In this document: piece by piece, positions 1-8,416 of the stretch
Layout of the letters: the number at the start of each line of letters is the position of its first letter
How positions within the stretch are numbered: the first letter of the stretch is position 1
Assembly (NCBI GenBank): GCA_040222015.1
Contig: JAVJWO010000204.1
Location: 1 to 17,216 of the forward strand
Direction of reading: 5' to 3'
Source: Coleofasciculus chthonoplastes F2-STO-03
GTDB lineage: Bacteria; Cyanobacteriota; Cyanobacteriia; Cyanobacteriales; Coleofasciculaceae
Length of the DNA: 17,216 bases
Notes under the pieces: generated by a model
Database searches by the model: none
Told to the model about the DNA's origin: nothing
Seen by the model: the letters and a program-made list of their open reading frames with translations, nothing else
Translations under genes and position numbers: made by a program

Positions 1-132
1 ACAACAAAACCCGCCCTCCCCAGCGATAACTGAACAACAAAACCCGCCCTCCCCAGCGATAACTGAACAACAAAACCCGCCCTCCCCAGCGATAACTGAA
101 CAACAAAACCCGCCCTCCCCAGCGATAACTGA
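1..132. repeat. Tandem array of four identical 33-bp units (ACAACAAAACCCGCCCTCCCCAGCGATAACTGA), truncated by the window edge
   Basis: Units start at 1, 34, 67 and 100 with no spacers. Each contains the AAACCCGCCC arm also seen at 1698 (inverted) and 17128. The array ends 1 nt from the stop codon of the 134..505 gene. Confidence 0.95.
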
Positions 133-133
133 A

Positions 134-505
134 CTATTCCCAGGCGTCGAGGTCTATGGCTTTTGATCCGCCTCGTTCTAGCTGTCCTAAAAGTTTACCC
201 AACTGATACCACACTAACCAGCCAATGAATAGAGTTAGAGGTAGGGAAATGGTGTAAGCCAGGAATGTGGGAAAGCTAAAAATTTCTAACCCAGCCGCCA
301 GAAATACACAAATTCCGACGGAAATTCCTAGGAATGGGATGAATAATGGCAATCCTTGCATTTGAGCCAGACTGCGAGAGGAACGGTTTTTTGACCATTC
401 CTGTACCTTTTGTTTCAGTGTGGCTTCAAACGCCGCACCACAGGTAATCCCAACCAATAAACCCATCACTAACAATAAATAAGGCGGTTCATGAAGATAA
501 TACAC
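134..505 (-). CDS. Conserved cyanobacterial hypothetical membrane protein (about 3 TM helices)
   Basis: 123-aa ORF with a GTG start and three hydrophobic segments. The N-terminal YYxxEPPYxLL..G..FEATLKQ and C-terminal GGSKAIDLD resemble a cyanobacterial family I recognise. Confidence 0.75.
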   Translation of the reverse strand: MYYLHEPPYLLLVMGLLVGITCGAAFEATLKQKVQEWSKNRSSRSLAQMQGLPLFIPFLGISVGICVFLAAGLEIFSFPTFLAYTISLPLTLFIGWLVWYQLGKLLGQLERGGSKAIDLDAWE

Positions 506-569
506 AAAGCACTCCCAGCTTATAAGTCCGATACAGCCAGATTGTACCTTTAAGCGGTGACGTATTGAG

Positions 570-974
570 TTATGATTTACTTGGGCGATGTGACTGGCGC
601 GAGTAGACCAAAGCCGATCGCATCCAGACCCAACCCAGAAAACTCCCGATAAAATAAGCGGGGAAATCTGACCAAGTAAAGGTATTCCCCAAGATAACCC
701 GACCCAGTAACGTGGCTCGGATTGCTTGCAAAAATGGAGATTGCCATAGTTGCAGAACCTCCAGGAGACAAGTAACTATACAGACGCCTACCGCCGTCCA
801 CAGGGGTGACGCTTGGGGGAAGAAAAGCCCAACCAGGAGAATCCAGAAAATCTCATAAGCAAAGCTACCCAGTCGGTCATTCAGCCATTCCGGTGCAGGT
901 GCGTAAAACCGTACTGCATACCCCAAGGGAGCAATAAGGATAATGCTGATGAGCAGGATAATGCGATATTTCAA
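570..974 (-). CDS. DUF2809-like membrane protein
   Basis: 134 aa, hydrophobic, with the motif E.LQL..P.LQAIRATLLGR.ILG.TF.W.DF..Y typical of DUF2809. Confidence 0.75.
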   Translation of the reverse strand: MKYRIILLISIILIAPLGYAVRFYAPAPEWLNDRLGSFAYEIFWILLVGLFFPQASPLWTAVGVCIVTCLLEVLQLWQSPFLQAIRATLLGRVILGNTFTWSDFPAYFIGSFLGWVWMRSALVYSRQSHRPSKS

Positions 975-996
975 AATAGGATAGTGGTCAACCTCT

Positions 997-1518
997 CTAC
1001 ACCCATCGCTTTAACTCAGGATTAGCACTCAACTCTAATTCTGGAAACGCATAAACGACAACGCCTGTATCGGGGTCATTGTCAATATTCACATACCCGG
1101 ACTTGACCAAATCGTTCAACGTCGCTTCTACTTCTGCAAACCCTCGTCCCGTATCGACAACCCCCTGAGTCACGGACAATTTACCGCCTCTGACTTCAGC
1201 CGCTTTCACTAATTGGACAACAAAGGAGTCATGGTTTAAAGTAGCAGGAGCATGATAAGGCTGGACTAATGTGGGTGAACCAGAAACCGTTGCTTCTCCA
1301 GTGATGCGATCGCGCTTCCCATATTTGAGATAATGTTCTTCTACCATTCCGGGAATCAGAAACAGGTCAACGAATTGACCAACCCCAAATAATCCCCCTG
1401 TACAAAACCACAACAAACCTGTGCCAATCTTACCATTGTAGAAACGGTGCAATCCGGCAAATCCAAACAGAAAGCCGAACCACAACAAATAACTCCCCTC
1501 ACGTCTATTTATATCCAT
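997..1518 (-). CDS. TM2-domain (NINE) protein with a C-terminal winged-helix-like region
   Basis: TM2 motif [46 protein letters not shown] (1531-1526) lies 7 nt before the ATG at 1518, so that start is preferred over TTG 1524. Confidence 0.85.
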   Translation of the reverse strand: MDINRREGSYLLWFGFLFGFAGLHRFYNGKIGTGLLWFCTGGLFGVGQFVDLFLIPGMVEEHYLKYGKRDRITGEATVSGSPTLVQPYHAPATLNHDSFVVQLVKAAEVRGGKLSVTQGVVDTGRGFAEVEATLNDLVKSGYVNIDNDPDTGVVVYAFPELELSANPELKRWV

Positions 1519-1697
1519 TGCCAATCCTCCTCTTGGTTTGGTTTAGCTAAAGCGCTCTATCCCAGTCACAGGCTGCATCGGCTTAAACTCCAGCCTGATT
1601 AACTTAAAGCCAGCCACGTAAGTTCTCCTGTGGTTCTTTACACGCTTTCTTTCATTATCGCCAAACTTTGAGCGAAACGTTTTGAGTATTGAGAAAT

Positions 1698-1711
1698 GTA
1701 GGGGCGGGTTT
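1698..1711 (+). repeat. Solo left arm of a GTAG-type REP (GTAGGGGCGGGTTT)
   Basis: Exact reverse complement of AAACCCGCCCCTAC in the 17122-17216 array. No partner arm nearby. Confidence 0.7.
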
Positions 1712-1751
1712 CACTCTATAGGGGTTGCTGAACAAGTGTTTTGGTGAGGAG

Positions 1752-1814
1752 AGGGAACAGGGAATAGGGAATAGGGAATAGGGAATAGGGAATAGGGAAC
1801 AGGGAACAGGGAAT
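1752..1814. repeat. STRR-type heptamer repeat, 9 x AGGGAA(T/C)
   Basis: Nine contiguous heptamers counted directly. Heptamer STRRs are established in filamentous cyanobacteria. Confidence 0.95.
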
Positions 1815-1853
1815 AGGCTATAGAAATTTTGTCCCCCAGCTTCCCCAGCTTCC

Positions 1854-1877
1854 AGACGTAGCATGCTACGTCTCTAC
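1854..1877. repeat. REP-like palindrome AGACGTAGCATGCTACGTCT(CTAC) within CCCCAGCTT-like repeats
   Basis: Perfect 20-bp palindrome 1854-1873, downstream of the guaA stop. Same AGACG..CAT-G..CGTCTCTAC layout as the element at 13847. Confidence 0.85.
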
Positions 1878-1911
1878 AAGCTTCCCAGCTCCCCCATCTC
1901 CCCCTAAATCA

Positions 1912-3540
1912 CTATTCCCACTCAATCGTTCCCGGTGGCTTAGAGGTAATATCGTAAGCCACGCGATTAACACCTTTAACTTCATTCACAATCCGATTAG
2001 AAATGATTTCGAGTAAATCGTAAGGAACTCGTGACCAATCCGCCGTCATTCCGTCCTCACTACTCACCAAACGCAGCACAACCGGATACGCATACGTGCG
2101 CTGATCCCCCATTACCCCAACACTGCGAATCGGGAGTAAAACAGCAAACGCTTGCCACAGCTCATGATAAAGTCCATGTCGATTAATTTCCTGGCGAACA
2201 ATCAAATCCGCATCGCGCAGAATATTCAGCCGTTCTGCGGTGACTTCGCCAATAATCCGAATCGCTAATCCGGGTCCGGGGAAGGGATGACGCCGCACAA
2301 TTTCTTCGGGTAAACCAATGGAACGTCCCACTTTGCGAACTTCATCTTTGAATAGTTTCCGTAAGGGTTCCACTAGCTTAAAGCGCAAGTCTTTGGGTAA
2401 ACCCCCGACGTTATGATGACTCTTAATTTTCACCGCCACCCGTTCCCCGGTTTTGGGATCAACATTAGTATCCGCTGACTCAATCACATCGGGGTAAAGC
2501 GTACCCTGAGCCAAATAGTCAAAAGGACCCAGAATTTTGGATTGTTCTTCAAAGACACGAATAAACTCGTGACCAATACGACGACGCTTTTCTTCAGGAT
2601 CAGTCACCCCTTCCAGCCGAGCCAGGAAGCGATCGCGGGCGTTAACATATTCTACAGGAATATGAAATTCGCCCTGAAACAGCTTAACCAACCGTTCTGG
2701 CTCCAGTTTTCGCATGAAGCCTTGGTCAATAAACATACAGGTCAATTGGTCGCCAATCGCCTTGTGCAATAAGAAAGCTAGGGTTGAGGAATCCACACCA
2801 CCGGAAAGGGCTAGCAGTACCCGTTTACCTCCCACCTTGGCGCGAATTTCGCGAATGGCTTCCTCGACAAAAGCTTCCGTCGTCCAAGTGGGTTCGCAGT
2901 CGCAGATGTGATAAACGAAATTGCGAATTAACGCGATACCCCCAACCGAATGCACGACTTCCGGGTGAAACTGCACCCCATAGAGATGCTTCTGGTGATC
3001 CGCGATCGCGGCGCAAGGAGTATTATCGGTATGGGCTAGGACTTCAAAGCCGTCTGGCAATTCCTCACAGGAATCTGCATGACTCATCCATACAATTGAG
3101 TTTTCTTCCACGTTCGTCAACAAGTCCGTGGGATCATCGATATGCAGCGAGGCTTTGCCATACTCTCCCCGTTGAGAGCGGGTTACTTTCCCACCTAGTT
3201 GCTGTACCATTAACTGCATCCCATAGCAAACCCCCAAGATAGGGATACCCATAAGCAAAATTTCGGGATCACACTGAGGTGCAGCGTCATCGTAGACGGA
3301 ATTCGGACCTCCCGATAGAATAATGCCTTTGGGACTCAGTTGTCGGAGTTTTTCCGCGCTGGTGCGATAGGAGATAACTTCCGAATACACCTGAGTTTCG
3401 CGGATACGACGAGCGATGAGTTCTGAATATTGAGAGCCAAAATCCAGAATCACAATCATCTGGCGATGTAACTGGTTTTGTCGAGCGGTTGTGGGTAATG
3501 TCTCTACTGGTTGAGATGCGTTTCCTGTTGGTCTAGTCAC
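1912..3540 (-). CDS. guaA: GMP synthase (glutamine-hydrolysing)
   Basis: GATase motifs [15 protein letters not shown] and [10 protein letters not shown]-loop [17 protein letters not shown], and C-terminal [13 protein letters not shown]. Confidence 0.98.
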   Translation of the reverse strand: MTRPTGNASQPVETLPTTARQNQLHRQMIVILDFGSQYSELIARRIRETQVYSEVISYRTSAEKLRQLSPKGIILSGGPNSVYDDAAPQCDPEILLMGIPILGVCYGMQLMVQQLGGKVTRSQRGEYGKASLHIDDPTDLLTNVEENSIVWMSHADSCEELPDGFEVLAHTDNTPCAAIADHQKHLYGVQFHPEVVHSVGGIALIRNFVYHICDCEPTWTTEAFVEEAIREIRAKVGGKRVLLALSGGVDSSTLAFLLHKAIGDQLTCMFIDQGFMRKLEPERLVKLFQGEFHIPVEYVNARDRFLARLEGVTDPEEKRRRIGHEFIRVFEEQSKILGPFDYLAQGTLYPDVIESADTNVDPKTGERVAVKIKSHHNVGGLPKDLRFKLVEPLRKLFKDEVRKVGRSIGLPEEIVRRHPFPGPGLAIRIIGEVTAERLNILRDADLIVRQEINRHGLYHELWQAFAVLLPIRSVGVMGDQRTYAYPVVLRLVSSEDGMTADWSRVPYDLLEIISNRIVNEVKGVNRVAYDITSKPPGTIEWE

Positions 3541-3667
3541 TGCTTTCTTTGTCCTGTAAGCGCAATTTTAATAAGGGTATATCTCTCGCCATCAAGTCGG
3601 CTACTGATAGCAAGAGAATCTATTGGTTTAACAGATGGAGCCAAGCTTTATAGATATTCTTATTAAC

Positions 3668-4774
3668 TTAACATAATTGCGAAAGTAATGTGGCTCCCGT
3701 TGGGCTAGTGACGATGACTTGGCGGTTGCGATCAAATAACAGGGAACCGACTCGTACTTCTTGCTGGCTATGCTTATAAATATAGTCTTGGCTACGTTTA
3801 TCTATCGTAGACGCGATCGCCCGATAAATCTGATTCACCCAATCACTCCCCTCCTTAGCATCCAATTGCCGCAAATAGGTCAACGCGGCTTCGGTGGTGG
3901 GACTGGTAAAAACTGCCTGTAAAATCGGCGTGGGTAATCCCACTTGAGCGCCATGAGCGGTGAGAATTTCCAAGCGTCCATCGGCTAAGTGATGATGGGT
4001 GTGAAAAATTCCACCGGCTAACTTGATCAGCTTACCATGATACCCGAATAATAAAAGTCCAGGGATTTCCTGCAATCCCGCCGCCACTAATAGGGGACCG
4101 AGCCAATTAGCAGTTTTGACTAATTGCTCTGGATTAATTCCCATCTGTCGCGCCAAACTTAACCCATTTTCTCCCACACAGAAGACTAAACAATCAAAAC
4201 AGAGGGCTTTAATTTGCAGTTGTTCGCGATAAGCTTGCAGTTGCTCAGGAGCGCTTAAGGGTTGAGAAATACCTGTCGTTCCCAACAATGATAATCCTTC
4301 TAGCACACCAAACGCAGCATTCGATGTCCGTTCTGCCAGTTTACGTCCTTCGGGTAAAATAATTGTCACCTGAATTTTCTCATCGGGTGCAAGTAAGCGA
4401 CTGAGATTCCTTTGTAATAAGGTCTCAGCATAGCCATAAATTGCCGCTTTTCCTGCGGCATTTAATTGTCGTCCAATTCCTTCACCGCCGACTATCTGTA
4501 CCTGTTCGGTTTGCTCAGATTGTCCCCATTCCACAACTGCCCAAATCGGAGTATTTCGGGTTATATCAATGTTATCCCCCGGATCACTGCGGGTAATTGC
4601 CAATGCCATTCCTGGGTGAATTCCGGCGACTTGCTCAATCGGAATGTCTGCCGTTTCTGGAGGTTCAATTAAGTCTACAGATACGGCATCTAGGGGTTTA
4701 GCTTGGCGCAACCACTGCAACGCCGCCATAGCGGAAGCACAAGCAAAGACGGGTAGAGTATATCCAGATCTCAA
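3668..4774 (-). CDS. cbiD: Cobalt-precorrin-5B C1-methyltransferase CbiD; 5' end apparently interrupted by an IS, TTG start formed at the IS junction
   Basis: Motifs RSGYTLPVFACA, SDPGDNIDITR, GGEGIG, RTSNAAFGV.EGLSLLGTTG and GYHGKLIKLAGGIFHTH. The rest of the frame is intact. Confidence 0.93.
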   Translation of the reverse strand: MRSGYTLPVFACASAMAALQWLRQAKPLDAVSVDLIEPPETADIPIEQVAGIHPGMALAITRSDPGDNIDITRNTPIWAVVEWGQSEQTEQVQIVGGEGIGRQLNAAGKAAIYGYAETLLQRNLSRLLAPDEKIQVTIILPEGRKLAERTSNAAFGVLEGLSLLGTTGISQPLSAPEQLQAYREQLQIKALCFDCLVFCVGENGLSLARQMGINPEQLVKTANWLGPLLVAAGLQEIPGLLLFGYHGKLIKLAGGIFHTHHHLADGRLEILTAHGAQVGLPTPILQAVFTSPTTEAALTYLRQLDAKEGSDWVNQIYRAIASTIDKRSQDYIYKHSQQEVRVGSLLFDRNRQVIVTSPTGATLLSQLC

Positions 4775-4940
4775 TGAACTACCCAGATTTACTTCGTTGA
4801 GGTCTGGGTTTCTACAACCAGACCAGTAGGACTGTGTTTCTGACGCTTCATTTGTCCTAGTTGCTTCATGCTTCCCGTTCGCTTGCGCTTACAAGTTTCT
4901 GAAGTAGAGCTAGAGACATCAGCGTCTACGAGGCTCGTTC
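4755..4940 (-). ncRNA. Predicted TnpB omega-RNA (reRNA): scaffold overlapping the tnpB 3' end and right end, with guide from flanking cbiD sequence
   Basis: Inferred from the established architecture of IS605 TnpB systems. Only the right-end hairpin is seen directly, and the boundaries are approximate. Confidence 0.55.
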
Positions 4941-6114
4941 CAAACCCCGGTAGAATTCCTAACGCCCACAAAAGCATTACCAAAGCAGCGGCTAAATCGC
5001 GATCCATTGTGAGTCCACATTTATGACAATGGTGAACTCTTTCATCTAAGGTCTTTTTTTGTTGATTTCCACAGTTAGGACAAGTCTGGGATGGTTTGAC
5101 TTTTCGAGTAGGAACCTCAACAAAGACTCCGCCCGCGTCTTTTACCTTGTATTCAATCGCTGACCTCAGCATTCCCATTCCCACGTCTAAAATGGATTTG
5201 TTTAGTCCAGCCTTTTGCTTTTTTCGTTTACCTTTTTTAGAAGAGCGGGTCATTTTAGAGACTTCTAGTTTTGACCTAGCAACGAAGCTATTACAGCGAA
5301 CAATATCTGTTGCTACTTGGTGTACCCAGTTTTGACGCTGATTAGCTACCTTACGGGAAAATTTGCTAATTTTCGCTTGGGCTTTTTTCCACCGACTAGA
5401 GCCTTTCTGTTTCTTCTTTCTATTGGGCGCTGTCTTACGACGCTTTCCCTTGGAAAGATGCTTGATTTTTGCCTCAGCTTTTCGTAGAAAATTAGGGGGC
5501 CTCATAAAAGAATGGTTTTCCCCATCAGTTATCGCTAATGCCGACTTGCAACCAAAGTCGATGCCAACTGAACCAAAATCTGTTTGTCTTGTCGCCGCCT
5601 TTAATTCAGTTAGATTAACGGTTATACTTGCATACCATTTTTCATTACGGTAGACAAGGGTGCAGGTTGTTGGAATCCCCCAGATCCGGGCTTTGCCGCG
5701 CATTTGGATTGAACCAATTTTGGCTAATTCCAGATAACCGTTATCACCCGTTGTGTGAGCCTTCCATCCCGTTTTACTTGGATAAGTCCAGCCAGAGTAA
5801 TGCTTAATTGACTTGTATTTAGGACGTTTTGCTAACCCTTTTAACCACCGATTAAATGCGTAATCAACACGATTTAAAGTGGCTTGTAGAGTCATGCAGT
5901 TGCATTCCTTATACTCTGTCCAAACTTCCTTAAAAGCAGGTAAAGAGTTTTGTTGCTCGAAATAGTCAACCCGATGGTTAAACTTTTGGTACTGGGTGAA
6001 CCGATTACAAACAGCAGCGTTGTACAAATCCTTGTGCAACTTACGGTGATACCGCAATGTCTGCTCTTGCTTTTTATTGGGGTATAGCCGAAAAGTTACA
6101 CGTCTTGTTGGCAT
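4789..6114 (-). CDS. tnpB: RNA-guided endonuclease TnpB family protein, possibly nuclease-inactive
   Basis: N-terminal TFRLYPNKKQ, RuvC-I GIDFG (D186), zinc ribbon PSQTCPNCG..HCHKCG, RuvC-III DRD (D373). AGGAGG RBS at 6128-6123. The RuvC-II region reads FVARSKL. Confidence 0.95.
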   Translation of the reverse strand: MPTRRVTFRLYPNKKQEQTLRYHRKLHKDLYNAAVCNRFTQYQKFNHRVDYFEQQNSLPAFKEVWTEYKECNCMTLQATLNRVDYAFNRWLKGLAKRPKYKSIKHYSGWTYPSKTGWKAHTTGDNGYLELAKIGSIQMRGKARIWGIPTTCTLVYRNEKWYASITVNLTELKAATRQTDFGSVGIDFGCKSALAITDGENHSFMRPPNFLRKAEAKIKHLSKGKRRKTAPNRKKKQKGSSRWKKAQAKISKFSRKVANQRQNWVHQVATDIVRCNSFVARSKLEVSKMTRSSKKGKRKKQKAGLNKSILDVGMGMLRSAIEYKVKDAGGVFVEVPTRKVKPSQTCPNCGNQQKKTLDERVHHCHKCGLTMDRDLAAALVMLLWALGILPGFGTSLVDADVSSSTSETCKRKRTGSMKQLGQMKRQKHSPTGLVVETQTSTK

Positions 6115-6148
6115 CGCCGTTCCCTCCTGTTACACTTAACATAGCATA

Positions 6149-6389
6149 TTGAGAGATCACGTTCATCTATTGGTAGATTTTCACCCAGACAACCACCTAT
6201 CATCTCTGATTGGTAGCATGAAGTCTGCATCTAGTCGAATCATCAGAAAAGACTTTGCTGCTCAACTGTCAAAAACTCATACTAAGTCGGCATTTTGGTC
6301 AGGTTCTTATTATGTTGCTTCCACTGGTGGTGCGCCCATTGAGAGCAATTTTGGCTTACATCAAATCCCAAGACGCACCTCAAAATTAA
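6149..6389 (+). pseudogene. tnpA: IS200-type Y1 transposase TnpA remnant (5'-deleted, +1 frameshift)
   Basis: HUH motif DHVHLL, then MKSASSR and FWSGSYYVASTGGAPIE. The catalytic helix ILAYIKSQ lies in another frame (6348-6389, TAA), so the frameshift is near 6345. The region upstream of HUH is missing. Confidence 0.88.
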
Positions 6390-6436
6390 CCCTGAGCCAA
6401 GTCGAAGGGTTGATTGCCTCCGTTCCTCCGGCAATC

Positions 6437-6498
6437 CGCTATCCCTCCCCACCCTCCTGAGTCTGCGAAGGATCTGCTGAGGGTGGAGAGGGATAGCG
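6437..6498. other. IS left-end subterminal hairpin
   Basis: CGCTATCCCTCCCCACCCTC (6437-6456) pairs with GAGGGTGGAGAGGGATAGCG (6479-6498) at 19 of 20 positions. Confidence 0.8.
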
Positions 6499-6550
6499 AA
6501 CACGTTGACATGGTAGATCATTAGATTCTGCACTTGGACAAAGCGACGCC

Positions 6551-7024
6551 CTAAACCCAGCCAATAACATCCCGAATCTGAGACTTGGCATACTCGCAGT
6601 CAATATGCTGCTGTGCTTTAGATAACGCGGTTTCCGGTCGCTTGTACCAGCGTTGCGATCGAATACAAAGACCATCTCGTCGAGTGGCTTCCCAGGAATA
6701 ACGGGCGCGGTCTACTACCAACCACACTTTATAACCCCGATGCTGTTGTTGGGGAAATTTCAACAGACCAATCTCAGCTAGCACGCTTAAGCGCATCTGG
6801 GAACGAGCTAACCGTTTCATCAACTCCAGAAAGCAAACAGCAGCGCGTTTAGCATCATCATGAGTTGGGTAACGATAGCGATCTCTGGGTTCAAACTTAA
6901 AGTCAGATCCAATCAGTGAAAACCGGAACTTCCCGGACGCTTCCTCAACAAAGGTGACTCGCCAGGAGGTGTTGGGATACCGAACGCAGAAGCCAGAAGG
7001 CTGAATTTTGACCGTCGCTGTCAT
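6551..7024 (-). CDS. Hypothetical basic protein with an apparent two-fold internal repeat
   Basis: Protein-like ORF (ATG 7024, alternative TTG 7036). It ends about 40 nt upstream of the inferred original cbiD ATG. No family recognised. Confidence 0.6.
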   Translation of the reverse strand: MTATVKIQPSGFCVRYPNTSWRVTFVEEASGKFRFSLIGSDFKFEPRDRYRYPTHDDAKRAAVCFLELMKRLARSQMRLSVLAEIGLLKFPQQQHRGYKVWLVVDRARYSWEATRRDGLCIRSQRWYKRPETALSKAQQHIDCEYAKSQIRDVIGWV

Positions 7025-7151
7025 CTGAAGTCTCAAGTATAAAGGGTGGAAGGCATTGAAAGAGGGTAGAAATCACCATCAAGATTGTCAGGGCGTCTCG
7101 CTGAAACAGGAAGCGTTACTATGCCACAATCCATTGGGAGCATATCACCTT

Positions 7152-7251
7152 TGTAGGTTGGGTCTTTGGAACGTAGGCGGAGCCTTCTTTCCGAGTAACC
7201 CAACTGCCAAAATCTCTTGTTGGGTAACGCTTGCGCTCTACCCAACCTACA
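7152..7251. repeat. REPIN-like element with GTAGGTTGGGT / ACCCAACCTAC termini
   Basis: 12-bp terminal inverted repeat TGTAGGTTGGGT (7152) / ACCCAACCTACA (7240), with inner ACCCAAC and GTTGGGT arms forming two inverted REP hairpins. Confidence 0.8.
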
Positions 7252-7444
7252 GTAATGTTTTGTGCTATCACGCTCCATACTCCCCAATCCATAATAGCCT
7301 TGCCAGCCCGGTATCCGCCTCAGTAAATTGTCGCATGTTCTCAGAAAAAAGTTGATGCTGATCTACCTATCTCAGGCTGGGAAATGCTAAGTTAATGGCA
7401 CTGACTTAAAAGCATTTTCATATCGCCGAAACCCTTGATATACC

Positions 7445-7476
7445 GTAGGGTGGCTTGAGCGAAGTCGAAACCCACC
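7445..7476 (+). repeat. GTAG-type REP hairpin (GTAG GGTGG..GAGCGAAGTCGAAA..CCACC)
   Basis: GTAG foot and GGTGG/CCACC stem. The loop resembles GAGCCAAGTCGAA near 6394 and GAGCCTGTCGAA near 8265. Confidence 0.6.
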
Positions 7477-7555
7477 AGCATACCAGTCAGTACCATTCAT
7501 GTTAAGGTAGCGAAGCTAACCACTTGGAAAGTTCATCCCATCCAGGAGTGAGGAA

Positions 7556-8203
7556 ATGTCAGGAGTATTTCCACCCCGACGACACAAAAAACACAAGACA
7601 ACCGTAAAACGCTTTCTCCTGTTTACTGGACTAAGTTTAATCAGTTTTATCCTCTGGGGAGTCATCACCCAACACCGAGTTACCGCCTCAGAGGTTATGC
7701 CGACTCAGATAACGACCAACACCAACACCTATTGGCAGGGAGGTTCGTTTCCCGTTGAGAATTTTCAGGCTTATACCTCTCCCTACGGCTATCGTCGTTC
7801 TCCCCGTGGATCGGGTACAGAATTTCATCGCGGCTTAGACATCGCTGCACCCGAAGGCAGTTACATTCGCAACTGGTGGGCAGGTCAGGTGGTCTCCCTC
7901 TCCGATAATACCGCCTGTGGCACGTCTATCACCATCCAATCTGGTGAGTGGAAGCATATATACTGTCACCTCAAAGGTCATGTGGAAACAGATAGCCAAG
8001 GCGTGTATTTAAGCGATCGCAGTGGCGGGATTCAACTCTGGAAAGGTCAACAGATACCCACTGGTACCCGAATTGGTCGCGTGGGTATGACCGGGCGCAC
8101 CACGGGTCCTCATTTGCATTGGGGGGTAAAGTACGCCGACAAATACATTGACCCCGCCTTAGTTCTCCGGGAAATGTACCGACAGCAAACGGCATCGAAC
8201 TAA
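7556..8203 (+). CDS. M23 family metallopeptidase
   Basis: Zinc motifs HRGLD (HxxxD) and TTGPHLHW (HxH), YCHL, RVGMTG, and an N-terminal signal/TM segment. Purine-rich GGAGTGAGG upstream of the ATG. Confidence 0.92.
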   Translation: MSGVFPPRRHKKHKTTVKRFLLFTGLSLISFILWGVITQHRVTASEVMPTQITTNTNTYWQGGSFPVENFQAYTSPYGYRRSPRGSGTEFHRGLDIAAPEGSYIRNWWAGQVVSLSDNTACGTSITIQSGEWKHIYCHLKGHVETDSQGVYLSDRSGGIQLWKGQQIPTGTRIGRVGMTGRTTGPHLHWGVKYADKYIDPALVLREMYRQQTASN

Positions 8204-8257
8204 TAGGACACAGCAAAATGCTGAAACCAAGACCCGTCAATCTCTTCCCTTCTGCCT

Positions 8258-8416
8258 GGTTGGTGAGCCTGTCGAACCACTGCCCTCTGCCCTCTGCCTT
8301 TTGCTATAGTAGCGAGCAAGATGCTCGCACTACAAGGATTTCGTCATTGTTGACATTAAGGTTTGAATGCAGATGACATAAACCTTACAGCCTTCTGCCT
8401 TTCTTCTTCTGCCTTC
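8258..8416. repeat. Composite intergenic repeat cluster between convergent genes
   Basis: TGCCCTC/TGCCTTC heptamers, a small hairpin at 8258-8280, and the imperfect palindrome GTAGCGAGCAAGATGCTCGCACTAC at 8309-8333. Confidence 0.7.

Larger units (their letters stand above)
4774..6504 (-). mobile_element. IS200/IS605-family insertion sequence (divergent tnpA/tnpB), non-autonomous
   Basis: Contains tnpB and a tnpA remnant. Right-end hairpin ACCCAGA/TCTGGGT (4781-4809) is followed by GTAGTTCA(T) on the minus strand. Left-end 20-bp hairpin at 6437-6498 is preceded by TCAA on the minus strand. No target duplication. Ends are uncertain by about 1 nt. Confidence 0.85.

Noticed and set aside
1..132. 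CRISPR array
   Set aside because: The units are contiguous and identical with no unique spacers, and no cas genes are present. The same applies to 16858-17216.
1655..1864. 69-aa ORF with (SLFPIPY)n
   Set aside because: Translation of the heptamer STRR.
6149..6460. Intact 103-aa TnpA as given in the ORF track
   Set aside because: It lacks the N-terminus, and the catalytic YIxxQ helix is out of frame. The ORF tail is translated IS-end hairpin sequence.
6390..6504. IStron (group I intron fused to the IS) that would splice out of cbiD mRNA
   Set aside because: Only about 115 nt lie between the tnpA stop and the left end, mostly simple hairpins. This is too short for a group I intron core and no such core is recognisable.
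7033..7355. Overlapping 84-aa and 99-aa ORFs
   Set aside because: Both run through the REPIN element and have no recognisable protein features.
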